A DNA stretch of 62,951 nt, filler included, from Reticulomyxa filosa (taxonomy: Eukaryota; Protista; Foraminifera), in assembly GCA_000512085.1 (NCBI GenBank). It is 21 parts of 21 records of this genome, joined end to end, with 100 filler letters (N's around TTAATTAATTAA, not from the genome) between each part and the next. Parts side by side here need not be neighbours in the genome. Positions count along the whole stretch, not along the records: positions 39,217 to 47,332 come from ASPP01002948.1; positions 47,433 to 49,428 come from ASPP01040987.1; positions 49,529 to 51,618 come from ASPP01004531.1; positions 51,719 to 55,203 come from ASPP01001392.1; 17 more parts are not named here. One strand, written 5' to 3'. Shown piece after piece: positions 39,260-52,524 of the stretch; positions within the stretch are counted from its first letter, which is position 1, and the number at the start of each line of letters is the position of its first letter. The notes below the pieces were generated by a model, which had not been told where the DNA came from, made no database searches, and worked only from the letters and a program-made list of their open reading frames with translations. The position numbers were made by a program, and so were the translations under genes.

Positions 39260-40308
39260 CAACGACTTTGTAATGTCGTCGATGGTAACAAGTTTTAGCA
39301 CGCTTTGTCAAGACAAATACGGGTTTCGGACGCTGTTGAAACTGGTGAATATAGTGACGACGCTGGAGAAGGAACACGAGAAGAAAAGAAAAGGAAAAGA
39401 GAAACCGTCGCAAGAGTTAGACAGCTTGCGATTGAAGCGTGCTTTATTGAACGAATTGTGTGCGAATGACGAAATCCTAAACAAATGCAGCTGCAATTTG
39501 TATGGCAATTTGGTCGTTCAACAACTGATGCAAAACATGCCAAAGGAGTGGTTGTCACTGATCACTCGTAAATTAAGTGGGAAGTTGTATGGATATTGTG
39601 TCGATCCTTTTGGCTCGCATGTAGTGCAAACCATTATGGACTGTTACGATAATGACGCTCAACGCAGTGATATCTACGACGAAGTCTTGTCCAAAATCGT
39701 TGGACTGTCCACCAACGTTCGAGGAAATTATGTGGTCCAAAAAATGCTTACGTTGTGTCAATCTCCTAATGTCTTGGAACGTATATCCAAATTATTCTCC
39801 AATCACATTAAAGTGTTATGTTGCCACAAAATTTCCTCCAATGTTGTTCAATTGGCTTTGCGTTCATTACCTGCTCCTTATCGAAATGTCATCATTGCCA
39901 GTATCTGTCAAGATAGCAAATCTTATTCCAATTCTTTTCTTGCCACTTCCAAAAAAATACCTTTCTCGGCACAACTTACCACACATCAATATGGAAATTA
40001 TGGTTTAGTGTACTTTTTTTTATTTTTATTATTATTATTATTATAAATAATCATAATAAAAACACACAGTGCTTCAGACTGCATTGGAAGTGTGCTCCCA
40101 AGAAACTCATGAAAAATTAGTCAAATTAATTTTGCCACACATATCCGAGGCCGATTTGCCACGCTTCCCTTGGGGAAAAAAGCTACGGAAAAAATTGCAT
40201 ATGTACGATCAAGTAATTGAAGGCAAGGAATCTATACATCTTCATCCAGCTCTTATTTCTCCAACCACATCTTCTCTTGACAATACAAATACTCCGAATT
40301 TGCTTTAA
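39260..40308 (+). CDS. Pumilio/PUF RNA-binding protein, C-terminal part
   Basis: At least six Puf repeats: QDKYGFRTLL, NLYGNLVVQ, DPFGSHVVQ, NVRGNYVVQ, HKISSNVVQ, HQYGNY|VLQ; intron 40003-40069. Confidence 0.92.
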
Positions 40309-40899
40309 GGTTTTATTTTTTATTTTTTTTAAATTTTTTTTTTTTTTGTCCAATCGTGTTTTTATTTTTTTTATTAATTTTTTTTAAATTTGTTTGCTTG
40401 TCGTTTTTGATGAAAGAACAGAATAAACGGGTTGTGACGAATAGCATGTTTGTGAGAACACTGTTTATTTGCCTTTTTTTTTTTTTTGCTATTCTTTACT
40501 TCAATGTCTTTCTTTTTTTTTTCTCGACAAGCAAAGCGCTCTGTTATGAGTTAACACGTTGGTTCCGGTTGTTTTTTAATAGTTGTATTTTTTTTGTTTG
40601 TTTTAGTAATATCTTCATTTGAGTGGTTTTATTATTGTGTTGTGGTTTCTTTCTACTTTTCCATTGTCATACAATTTTGACAGCCTTGAACTTGCATTCC
40701 TCTGTGCTTTTTTTTTTGCTCAAACTGAACATCCAAAACACTATGAAATTTTCCAACTTTTTTTTAAGCATTTTCAGAAAGTGCTCAATGTGTAGTTCTT
40801 TTTAAAAAATAAAAATGAGTAAGAAACACAAATATCGAACTATGCTTAGCTAAAAAAAAATAAGTGACGAAATGTTGAAATAATTAACAAAGATGCAAT

Positions 40900-41045
40900 A
40901 AAAAACTAAATTCAAAATGATATTTAAAAACTACACGATTTATAGATATTTTAAAAAATTCAGTCTGAATGTTGTTTTTTCATGAAGAATATCAATCATG
41001 TATGTAAGATGCCGTTTTAGGTGTCAACTTTCTTTTGCATTATAC
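40900..41045 (-). mobile_element. Tc1-like TIR/sub-terminal repeat copy, no partner end recognised
   Basis: Reverse complement AAAAGAAAGTTGACACCTAAAACGGCATCTTA...CATGAAAAAACAA...GTGTAGTTTTTAAATATCATTTTG matches 8138-8263. Confidence 0.78.
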
Positions 41046-41491
41046 TCCATAACAATTATACAAAATAATCTTCAAACAGAATAAGTTCTTATAGTCAACA
41101 CCGATTATGAACAAATTAATTTAAAAAGGTAATTTTTGCGAAAACTTTACGTATGACAAATAATCAAAAAATTTAAAATTCTCATTTTATGTCATTATGA
41201 AAACGTTTCAAATAAAAAAACAAAAAAAAGGATAAGGTAAGACAACACCAAACTCGCATTTATACAATTTTTTTTGCTAGTTTATTCATAAACGTAACAA
41301 AAAAAAAAATTTGCTTATTAAACGTGCAATCAAAAGTTTGTTCTAGCGTCCTAGATTGGTTTGGACGCTTCAATTCTATTTTTTATTTTTAATCTTTAAA
41401 ATTAGTTGCCATTTTTGGTAGATTTTAATAGAACCAAACAATTTCTTTCCAATGTGAAAAGACAAATTTAACAACCAGTTTTTTTTTTTAG

Positions 41492-41644
41492 TGCACAATG
41501 ATTAAAAAAATAAAAAATAGAGAAAAAAAAAAACCAAAAAGAAACTGTTTGTTCCAGGCGGCGCCAATGGGCGCCGCCTGGATTAAACTTTTCTTTTTCG
41601 ATTTTTTTTTTTTCTCTTTTTTTTATTTTTTTAATCATTGTGCA
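41492..41644. repeat. Long near-perfect palindrome with a GC-rich core
   Basis: Arms of about 74 bp (TGCACAATGATTAAAAAAATAAAAAA...CCAGGCGGCGCC) around a 4-nt loop AATG at 41566-41569. Confidence 0.92.
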
Positions 41645-42981
41645 ATTGCATTTGAACATTTTTAGATTTAAAAATTATTTGTCGTTTGCTAGTTTTTTAC
41701 CACTACTATACTATTTAAATATATGATACTTTGAACTTGGATAAATGATAAAAAAAGTTAAGATGACACAGGAAATAATTGCAAACTTTTTGGTTAAATT
41801 GATGCTTACTTTAATTGTGCAACGTGGTGCTATCGATAAGTTTACTAATTTTAATTGTCTAATTAGTATTTTTTTATTGTTTATGTTTTTCTTGATTTTG
41901 GGAATGATGTTTAACAATTTTGACACGCTAAAACTTTTTATGCGTTTATTTGAAAATTATTTAATTTGAGCATTAAAAATTGACTTTTAATAATCACAAC
42001 ATGTTTATCTTTTTTAAAAAAGGAAATCACAGTTGTTGGTGAAAATTGTTTGAAAAATAAACAGTCAAAAAATGAAGTAAAATTTATTATTCAATATTGG
42101 ATTCGAACTTTACAAATAGAATTTGGATGGATTGAAAGAATTTTAAAGAAGTATAAATAAATATTTGAACATTTGTTTTTAATTTTTATTGCTTGGATTA
42201 ACAAGTGAATATTATTTTGTTTTATACTTTTTTTGCCTATCAAAAACCTGTACTAAAAAGCTGCATTATTAATGCGTGCAAGAAATCGTTGAAAATAAAT
42301 AAAAAAACAAAAGAGGCTGTCAAAATTAAATTTGTGATATGAAAATTGTTTATTTCTGAAAGTCAATTGTTTTATTTTATCCCGTGCCTTGGTTCTTTTT
42401 GCTGTTTTGCTTAATAGATACATGCTTATGACGATAGTCCAGATATTCTCAGCCTTCTTCTCTATTTCTTTTCATTAAGGTGAAACGTTTCTAATGGGAA
42501 TAATTGAAATGCAAAACTATTTACTTTTTGAATACCAATTTTTTTTACTTTCTTTTAAATCAGATATTATCTCAAATCTTAATCAAATTGTTTTCAGTGA
42601 TTATTGATACTTCAGATTTAATAAAAGTGCAAATGTTTGTAGTTGTTCATTTTAAGAGAGTCTTTTTTTCGCTTTCCACTACTTTTTTTAAATAAATATT
42701 TCCGAAGCGAAAGCAGTGGTTAAAGATGTTGAAAATTCCATACAAAAATGCATTGAGATATTCATTGGAACGCTGCAACCAACATAAATTGCTTAAAAGA
42801 ATAAAAGATGAAGAGTCAATGTAACAACCTTAACGATTGTCATCTTTTTTGCTGAAAAATTTTTGTTTTTTCATCAAAAATAATACAAACAATAAAAACA
42901 TATCACTCGCAACAAAATAACTCATTTCTATTTCGAATTCGTTCACGTCTTTGAATACAAACAACAAAAAATGTATTTTTG

Positions 42982-45900
42982 TTAGGAGTAGTAACTATCA
43001 TATCTATCACGATTGTTATTGTAATTTGCTTGTTCGTTGTATTGTCTATCATCACAGTTTTTTCTTTTCATTCCTTCATTTTCTTTCAGATCCAGTTTCA
43101 CATCAAACATTCCAGTTCCAAATCTGCCTACCTGACCTAAAACAATAGCAGAAGATGGAGAAGCAATTCCATCAATATGATTCATTAAACATGAATCAAT
43201 CAAATATTTGGTAGCTGTTTCATACGATATTTTCAAAAACGGTGAAGCGCTTTGACCCATGGAAGTTCGAGTCATGGGTCTGATATGTCCATCAAAACAC
43301 ATCGAATCAGCAATCAATGAATAGTGTCTGTAAGAGACATCCAATCCGTAGACGGATAATACGCTTCTTAATTCATTAATGATTGACGCTCTTGCGGCTT
43401 CTATACCGTACAAACAATAAATTGCATTGATATGATTACTTTCAAATGTGCCAATATCTACCCATTTATCAACATGTCGTATCACAGTCGGATTGAATCC
43501 ACTAATGTTTACTTTCCATTTCATCTCTGAAGGGCTCTTGGAACACCCTTTTTTGTCATATTCAATGTGGACCTCTTCGATATTTGGGATCTTTCGAATG
43601 AAAACTTCTTTTTCACAAACACGATCTAAAATGGAATCAATTAAGATTTGTTGTGCTTCCATTGGTAATTGAATATCTACGAAAATGCTGATGTGACGTT
43701 TGTTTACCACTGTTATTATAATATATATTTTTATATATTTTTGTTCTTTTTTTTTTTTTTTAGAAAAAAGGCAACGAAAAGAGAAGAGAAATATTTGCTG
43801 TCTGCCAACCAATGTCAAGCATTTTCAAAATTTTATACTTTTCTTTTAATTCTTGCTCTTTATTGATACATTCTTTCATTTTCGTCACTACTTTATCTTT
43901 TTCCGTAGCGCTCATACTTACTTCTTCTCCACCACTGTCACTGGTCACCAAATTTGGTACTTTGTCATAATCAGACGAAGATGGTAATGTTTTTGGTGAA
44001 TATGCATCTGTGTCTTCTTCTTCGCTGTGGCTCTCTTTTCGTTCCACTGATTTGTTCTGTGTTTGTTTCTGTTTGGAAATTTGGGTGGATTTCTTTTGCT
44101 TGCGCTTTGCATTATTGTCCGTGTTATCATCTGATAATTCAGTATCACTTGCATTTTTCTCGCTTTTGTCGCTGTCGCTTGTGTTCTCTTCGCTTTCACT
44201 GCTATCATCACTGTCTTGTTCGTCACTTGTTTTGTTTCTGCGGCCAGCTTTTTTGTTTGTTTTTTTCTTTTCCTTTCTTTTGCCATCTTCTTCCACGTCC
44301 TTTGACTTCGATGGTTCTTCGTTGTCACTTTCTTCTTGCATGGCCTCTTCAATTTCATTTTCATTTTCTTCTCCATCTTCTCCTGCGATTTCAGCTTCAT
44401 CAATCTTTATACTTTTTATGTCTGCTGCATCTGCCACCAGTCGCAATAATGTTGAAAAAAATTTGTTCAATACGCTTCGAACAATGGCTGTCGCGGGAAC
44501 TTTGATTGTTTTTATTTTGTTAGTTTTTTTAAAAATTCAAAGGGAAATAAAAAAGTATATACATATATATATATTTTTAAACTGTGAAATTCCTTTGGAT
44601 TGACAACTTCAACTTCGATCTTATAAATGCGTTGAGGTTTTTTTGTTGTGGTGTCGACGTGAGGACCAACGATATGTCGATTGACAACCAATTTAGACAG
44701 TGGTAATGGGTCTAATGCATATTTGAGTTGAATTGCATCGTCCATTGGTGCTTGGCTGTCTCTTTTAATCCAAAAGCGCATGTCTGGAGTTTTGATCTTG
44801 CTGCCATCTGTCATCAATATTTCACGCAGACGTGGAATACCTAAAGTCACATTGCGCTCACCAAATCCGGCCAAATGAAAAGTATTCAAAGTCATTTGTG
44901 TGGAAGGCTCACCAATTGATTGCGCTGCCAATATACCCACCATTTCGCTGCTATCGACCAGTGATTCAAAATATTTCAATTGCATGAGCAATCGGAACTC
45001 TAGATCTGTCATATAATGTTTTTTATCCACCGTGGAATCTATTTGTGTCAGCAACGCAGTCAATTGTTTTTATATTCCACGGTTATATTTTTGTTTCAAA
45101 GATTTGTTTTGTTTTGTTTGCAATATTGAAACAAAACTATTTTTTGGATTATAATAGCAGAAATCGCGAATTTTAATATAAAACGGTTCACTAGTGATAC
45201 CACATTTTGCAGCGGGATTCATTGTAGATAGCATTGGACCTTCCCATGGATTTGATTTTGGATTTATATGCCATTTCCACCAGTTTTCTAATTCAGATCT
45301 GGCTGGTTTCATGAAATGTTTGAATTGTTTTTTGGTGGTTTTTCCAAGCAATGTTTGCTGCAAGATTTGCTGATTATTTGTAAAAAACTCGAATACATTT
45401 TTGCATGAGTCCAAATAACTTGATTTGGTTACGTCCAACGAATCTTCGCCATACAAAAATTGAATGATATTTTGATCACAATCACGTACTGTGTTGTCAT
45501 ATGCGACATGTAATGTCTCCAATCCTTTGATCAAACAACGCTGTAAATATCCACTTCGCGAAGTCTTCACGGCGGTATCGACCAAACCTTCTCTCCCTGC
45601 CATGCAATGGAAGAAATACTCCTCTGGCTTCAAACCAGTCAAGAAACGATCGGTGACAAATCCTCCTGCACGAGGTGATGGATCATAAGACGTAAAGGAA
45701 GGCAAGGTTTTGCCACTATTCATGCGTGGCACTCGCTTTCCTTCCAATTCTTGTTGCCCCAACGAAGCCACGATTTGAGCCATATTGACTGTTGATCCTT
45801 TCGCTCCCGTTAATATCATCAGTTGGAAATGATTGAGTGGAAATGGTGTTTTCGTGCCATATGGAAAGCATGTCTGCATTATTGAATTATGCAGTCCGTG

Positions 45901-47332
45901 AAGCGTGCCTTTGACAATTCCATCCAATCGACTTTCATTGGCTTGGTCACTTTGATATTTACATTTGAAAAAAAAAGAAAACAGTTTAATAAGAGAGTAA
46001 AAAGGCAATTATTTGCTTTGTTTGTTTGTTTGTTTGTTTGTTTATGTGTCGTATATACCTTAGGATAAAACTTTGCACATATTTACTGACATCCGTCAAA
46101 GTATTGTGCAAAGGGTCAAATTGTGTCATGCCCACTCCATGCGCGCATGCAGTGATGCCATCACTATACGACTTTTCAATCAATCTCTTTCGTAACACTT
46201 CGCTATTTTCGTTAACGACTAAATCGCCAATGCGCGCAGTAAACCCATGTTTTTGCAAAAAAACAGTGAACAGCTGCCCCAGTGCCGTAATCAAAGTGTT
46301 ACAGGCATGAGGTCCATAGAGCTCGTACACGGCGTGAACCAAACCAAAGGATTGGCCATCTCCCAATTGACTTTTATCGAGCACTCCAGTGCAAATATAG
46401 TTTTGTCGAACGATCAAATGACCTTCTTCATCTTTCACTTTCACGTTGTTCCAAACATCGTTAGGTGTCCTTGTGGGCTTGTCCATTGTCAAACCAGGCA
46501 ATGTACCTTTCAAATGCGTTAATAGTGTCGATATCTATGTTATGTTATGTTATGTTATGTTATGTACTTCTTTCATTTCCCACGCGTTTATTTTATTTTA
46601 TTTTATTTTGGCAACGCACAAAATACTTACCACTTGCTTTCCAGTCCACAATGGCTTGGGTTTAATAATTGCTGGACATTCCAGAGCGATAGGCAACTCG
46701 GGATTCCAACTGACCATGCAAGAAAATAACAAATGGACATATTCGTCTTTGGTCAAAAATGTGTCACGCTTAGTTAACAAAACGGAAGACACGACGTGAT
46801 CTTGCATGAGCCCACGCAACGGCGCTCCGTGTCTCGGACTTATATACTGCATCGGAGTGGCCGCAATGGTATAAGCTTCTGCGCGTGCAATCTCGCTTTG
46901 TGGAAAATGCAAATTGATTTCATCCCCGTCAAAGTCTGCATTGTAACTGTTACAATTGGCATAATGCAAGCGAATCACGTTGCCACGTGCTTGGACCTTT
47001 ACTCGATGGGCCATGATAGACACTTTGTGCAAAGTCGGCTGTCGATTGATCAGAACAATGTCATTGTTTCTCAAATGTCGATACACGATTTTGTGTTTTG
47101 GAGAGGCAATGAGTCCGCTCGATTGTCCGACTTTACCGTGCAAATCTGTGACTGATAGCAGTGAATCCGCTATCACTTTTCGTTGTTTCAAGGTTTTGAA
47201 CTTTAAAGATACAAGGGTCCCCGTTTCATCCATCACGCTGAGCGCACCAGGGTGTTTATTGGCTCCATTCAATATTGCTTTCCTTTGAATTTTGGATTTT
47301 GAATTTGTTTGGTCCATTTTATGGTTATTATC
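42982..47332 (-). CDS. RPA1: RNA polymerase I largest subunit, 5'-partial, multi-exon
   Basis: [123 protein letters not shown]; no heptad CTD. Confidence 0.96.
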
Positions 47333-47432
47333 NNNNNNNNNNNNNNNNNNNNNNNNNNNNNNNNNNNNNNNNNNNNTTAATTAATTAANNNNNNNNNNNN
47401 NNNNNNNNNNNNNNNNNNNNNNNNNNNNNNNN

Positions 47433-47468
<36 letters not shown>

Positions 47469-49428
47469 AAAACTTAGAAAAGATCGTTTCAAACAACTTT
47501 AGAAACGTGGAAAAAAGGATTCCAACAGGACTGGTATCGTCATTCAAGACACAGTGCAGTTGCCTTTCAATCACTTCAGCATCCCATTTTCCCAATGCTT
47601 CCTGGTCCGCCCAAACTTTGTAAAAGTCTTGAATGGAAGGATGGCAGTACTTGTTTTTATCGCTCTTGGTACACAATATAATAATTATATGTGTATATAT
47701 ATATATATATATATACATATATAAACATGCACGTATACTTTTGAGCCAAAACAAAAAAAAAAAAAAAGGTTGATGGCCAAAACATGCGTTTCAAAGACAA
47801 CACACAAGAATGGGCTGTTAACCTCAAATTCTTGCAGCAAAGACAGCCATTTCAATCGGTTCGAGTTTTGAAGCGAGCAAAATTGCTCGAACTTGGTGTA
47901 GTGTCTTGTAGTTTGAGGACTAAGTGAATCGGCTCTGCTGCAAATAACTTGTTGCCACTCCTTAACGAACATGCATGAACGTACATACGTATACACATAC
48001 TTATAAACAAACAAACAAACAAACAAACAAAAATAATGAATGTGACTCAACATCTCGATTATGTTTGTTCAAAGCCCGTAAGTGAAGTGGTTCTTGTGGG
48101 GGAAAGTAAATGAAAATGAACAAGGAGAGGTGGTCGGACTCCGAAGTGGATATAGTGGCTCTGTCGACCAAGTATACGTGCTTGGCCTCCACAGTCTTGT
48201 CGCTCAAGTATTCGAGTAGTATCCGTCGACTGGGGTCCCATTCGTACCAGCGTTTTTTCCCAGACAATTTCGATTTGAACAACCATCCCTTGTACAAGGT
48301 TTTGTCGATGCTTAAAGTGGAGTAGTCGTTCTGATTTGCAATTGGCAGACACTTGCTTGTATATATATATATATTTTTTTTTTTTTATACATATACATAA
48401 TGTAACAAATTTTCTAAACGTCAAAGCGGTACATTTCATTCGGTCTAAACTTCAATCGATCCATTTGCTCGTTGCGGTACGTATGGCATTTACAAGAGCA
48501 ACGCTGCTCGAGAGGCAGCGGCAAGTGATGGTCATTCTCCAAGTCGAGCGCATCGCTTTTACCATTGAGACTTGTTGCAATATCCGCGTTCGGAAATGAA
48601 TTCTTTTTATTATCATTCACATGAATGTCCCTTTTTTTTTTTTTTTTTTTTTCGGGGCCCCCTTTTTTTTTTCCTCCTCTCTCAGAAGGAGCTGAGAGGA
48701 AAGCAAAAAAAACGAGATATATAACAAAAAATAAAAATAAAAATAAAAATAAAAATAAAACTCAACAAAAATCAATCTCTGATTTCTGGAATTGTTATGA
48801 GAGGAGCCAATTCGGATATCGCTGATATTGTGGAAAGAGTGAATGTTGCTGACACTACTAACGGGTTGACTAATCTTCAGCAAACTTTTCCAAAACCTGG
48901 ATGGTTTCTTTATGTCCGACTTTTTGGAATTGATCGAGTGAGCGCCAAAGGAATAGCTTTGTTCAATGTCGGCGACAAGTTTGCTGTGCACGTTCGGATT
49001 TGAGCGTGCCAAAGGGACGTGGCAGATGATGCCATAGCGAAGCAGCATGGCGCCCATCACATACGCATCAAAGCGGCTATCTACAATCTGGCATTGGGAC
49101 ATCCACAACGACAGAGACTTTGCAAGAAATACGCCAATGTAATTGCACCCGTTGTACTTGTACGTTTGGATTAGTCCGTTTACTTGAATCTCTTTGCAAA
49201 GTTCATGAAGCCTTTTTTTTTTTTTAAATTTCATTTTTATTAAAAGTATACATATATATATATATATATATAGTATATACAAAACTAAAGATTCCTCCGA
49301 TACTTTCCAATTTTTCTCTTGCACATCAATCTGAGAAGTGATCGCATCTGTAATAATCACTTTTTCTTCTTGATCGTCTTTTCTTGCGCAATCACAATGA
49401 CATGCCAGCTTCTACTCCATATTTTTTT
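47433..49428 (-). CDS. DEP and PH domain signalling protein (internal fragment)
   Basis: DEP-like LIQTYKYNGCNYIGVFLAKSLSLWM...SRFDAYVMGAMLLRYGIICHV; PH-like YKGWLFKSKLSGKKRWY...LHLRALNKHNRD..WQQVI. Confidence 0.65.
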
Positions 49429-49528
49429 NNNNNNNNNNNNNNNNNNNNNNNNNNNNNNNNNNNNNNNNNNNNTTAATTAATTAANNNNNNNNNNNNNNNN
49501 NNNNNNNNNNNNNNNNNNNNNNNNNNNN

Positions 49529-51520
49529 GCTTTTTATAAACACTTCATTGCTTGCAATTGTTTGAATTTTTTTTTCATTGTTTACAATCAAGTCGAAGGT
49601 GCGTACACATTTCCTGATATCTCCAAAGTTTTCCACACACCAATTGTAATTACGAATTGCATCTTCAATTGGCATGTTAGCATTGTCTTCTATTACTTGC
49701 TTACTCACATCTAACTTTTCTTGCAATGTTTTCCACTTTTCATCATCGATTATTTTGTCCTTTGCTTTGTGATGTTTCCGAATTATCTCTATGCCTTGCT
49801 TACATTTTTGCCAGGTTATATGCAGTGCCCATAATGTATTGAATTTTGTTTCCCATTGTTCCGAAGACTTGATTTATCACAAACAATAAAATTACATTTT
49901 TTTTATTTATTTATCGAATAAGTTTCCCTTGCACTCTCTTTTTTCAAAAAAGTTACCTTTGCTCCTTCTTCCCATTGTGAATTGGCATGTTCAAAAACTT
50001 CCATAAAGTCGATCATGGTAGTTGGAGTTGAATTGATATCTTTTATTTCAAGTTTCTTATAGCATGAAACAATAAAACTGTATCCGGTAATACAATAGTC
50101 CCAAGTGAAGGACTGTTGTGGAAAAAAATGTAATTCCTCGGAAAAGAAATATGTGTTTTGCAAATAATCTTTGATCAATTTTGATGACTGCGCTTGAATT
50201 CTGCTTTCTTTGTTTGCCACATGTCTCCATGCTGTCATTATCCTTCGGATTGTTCGTTTGGTTGTCTTTTTAACAAAATCAGACAATTGATCTTTCAAAT
50301 CTGATGTTAGTTTCAATTGGTTTGGTTGAACTTTCATTTTTAAATATTTCAAATTCTGGAATTGTGCCTTGCAGTTATTCCACTTTATACAAAATGCTTG
50401 ATTTTTTTCTCGAGCAATCATTGCTTGAAACTCATCTTGAAAACACTCCAGCAATTTCAGTTCATTTCCAAACTGTAGTTCCGCGTCGGAAAGATACAAA
50501 TTCTTTGGATCTTTTAGAAATTCATGTAGTAACTCCAAGTCACTCGGAACTTCTTCTAAATATTTCATGGATAAAAGCTGTTGGAGAATGACCTCCCATT
50601 TTTTGAATTTGTTAAACTTTTCGATTGTTGCGGACCATGCTTGTTGGTCAAATGAATCTGATAATTCTTTGATGTGTGTCTTATCTTCTTCGAGAAATTC
50701 GCAAAGTGTAAAGTTGAGTTTGTTTTCTTTTATATCTTTCATCAATCTTTTCATTGTATCTTGTATGAAACTCCATCTTTGTTTGAGGATATCTATATTT
50801 TGGTGATTGATGAGAATGTTTTTCCATTTAGCATAAGAAATGCACTGTCGCAATTGGCCAATCAACAAGTCTATTTGTATTGATATCAATTCATTGACAA
50901 CAGGTGAATGTTGGAAAGTCTTTTCTTCTTTTTCGTCAACACTGACATCAGATGAAGGTATTTCTCTATTCACATGATAACCACAACAACATCAAAGATT
51001 ATATTGTGTTATCTTAATCATTACAAAAGTAAAACTGTTGTATCGAATCTTTGAAAATTAGTTTCAAAAACCAATCCCATTTTATTAAATTCCAAGGAGG
51101 ATTTCCAATACATAATCCCAGCTGGTTGCGGTCTTTGTCGCTCCAACATTCATTATTAAATTCAAAATGTTCTGACTTGGACTCCAAACATTTCTCAAAT
51201 TCATTGCGACATGAATCAGGCAAAAGACCCAATCGTGATTCTGTCAATAGCCATAATGCCTTGCGGTGATAGCAATTGGTGGAGGTTGACTCCTCGAAAT
51301 AATCCTCGTTAAACCATGTCTTCAATGACTTTGTCAGTAATTCATTCCATTTATCAATTTTTGTTGGTTTGGTGATTGATTTTGTGATTGAACAGTTGGA
51401 TCCAAACTTTCAAAGATGGCTCCGACTCTGACTGCCTCTGTTCGCGTATTGTTCGAATATTTTCCAATAATTGTGTAGTCAAATCAATTACTTTATCACT
51501 AATGGATTTATCTTCCAGTG
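49529..51520 (-). CDS. Internal fragment of a large helical hypothetical protein
   Basis: Several colinear minus-strand ORFs (356, 103, 81 aa) separated by short introns. Confidence 0.55.
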
Positions 51521-51911
51521 AAACCTCCTTTATTTTTTTAAAAACAAACAAACAAAAAATACATTTGTAAATTTTTTGTTTGCATGTACCCTGCAAACAA
51601 AAAATAATATTGACAAAANNNNNNNNNNNNNNNNNNNNNNNNNNNNNNNNNNNNNNNNNNNNTTAATTAATTAANNNNNNNNNNNNNNNNNNNNNNNNNN
51701 NNNNNNNNNNNNNNNNNNTTTTCTATTGGTTACAATTAGAACACAAATCAAACAGGATTTTAATTTTTTTTTGTTTGTGTGCAAGAAACTTGTTCCAATT
51801 CATTTTGCTCTTTCGCTTTGTTATTTTCCTTGTTTTTTTTATTATGTGTGTTACGAGAATATTAAATTCATTTTTTTAAAGTAAATGGGCAAAAAATAAT
51901 ATTTGAATTTG

Positions 51912-52524
51912 TTATTGGTTTTTAACTTGATTCAAACGACGTTTTGAAATAAGATATGTTATTATCGACAAGAGGTTGCCATTGAATTCTTCCAATTTAC
52001 TCTGCAATTCACTTTCGTTTGTAACGTCACTGAAAAAAACTTCCAATAATTCAATTTCTTTTGCATACTGATTGTTGACATTACTTTGCTGACTATCATC
52101 GCTTTTATTATTTGTCTTGTTTGTTTGCATTTGCATCCCTCCACGAGCATTCATTCTACCTACAAATACAAATCCATTTGTCCTTTTGTTCGTCCACACG
52201 ACATTAACATCATCATATCTCATATTCATCGTATTGCAATTGTTTGTAAATAATGCCATTGCTTTGGCATTATCTTCGAAGAATACTGGTAACTTATAAT
52301 AAATAACTCCATCCACACTCCAATCTCTCACATCTGCATTACGTACACAATTTTCTTTTGTTATGTTCATGGTTACACTATAGCGACCATCTTTGCTTAT
52401 TATCACCTAAAAATGTAATTATATCGCGACAAGCAAACAAAATGTCAATTATCAATTGTAATTTGGAAAATAAAATAAAATAAAATAAAAATACTTGGGT
52501 TCGGGTTACAGCATCATCTTTCAT
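51912..52524 (-). CDS. Hypothetical protein (5' exons)
   Basis: Exon MKDDAVTRTQ (52495-52524), GT-AG intron 52407-52494, then a 164-aa open frame. Confidence 0.5.

Noticed and set aside
5765-47332. Non-standard genetic code (TAA/TAG as Gln, or TGA readthrough) explaining the short ORFs
   Set aside because: GDH, RPA1, RPA2 and WD40 end at TAA at the expected positions and conserved exons have no in-frame stops; the breaks are introns or indels
35119-47332. RNA polymerase genes as a giant-virus or other novel polymerase
   Set aside because: Pol I-specific motifs and spliceosomal introns; no viral hallmark genes
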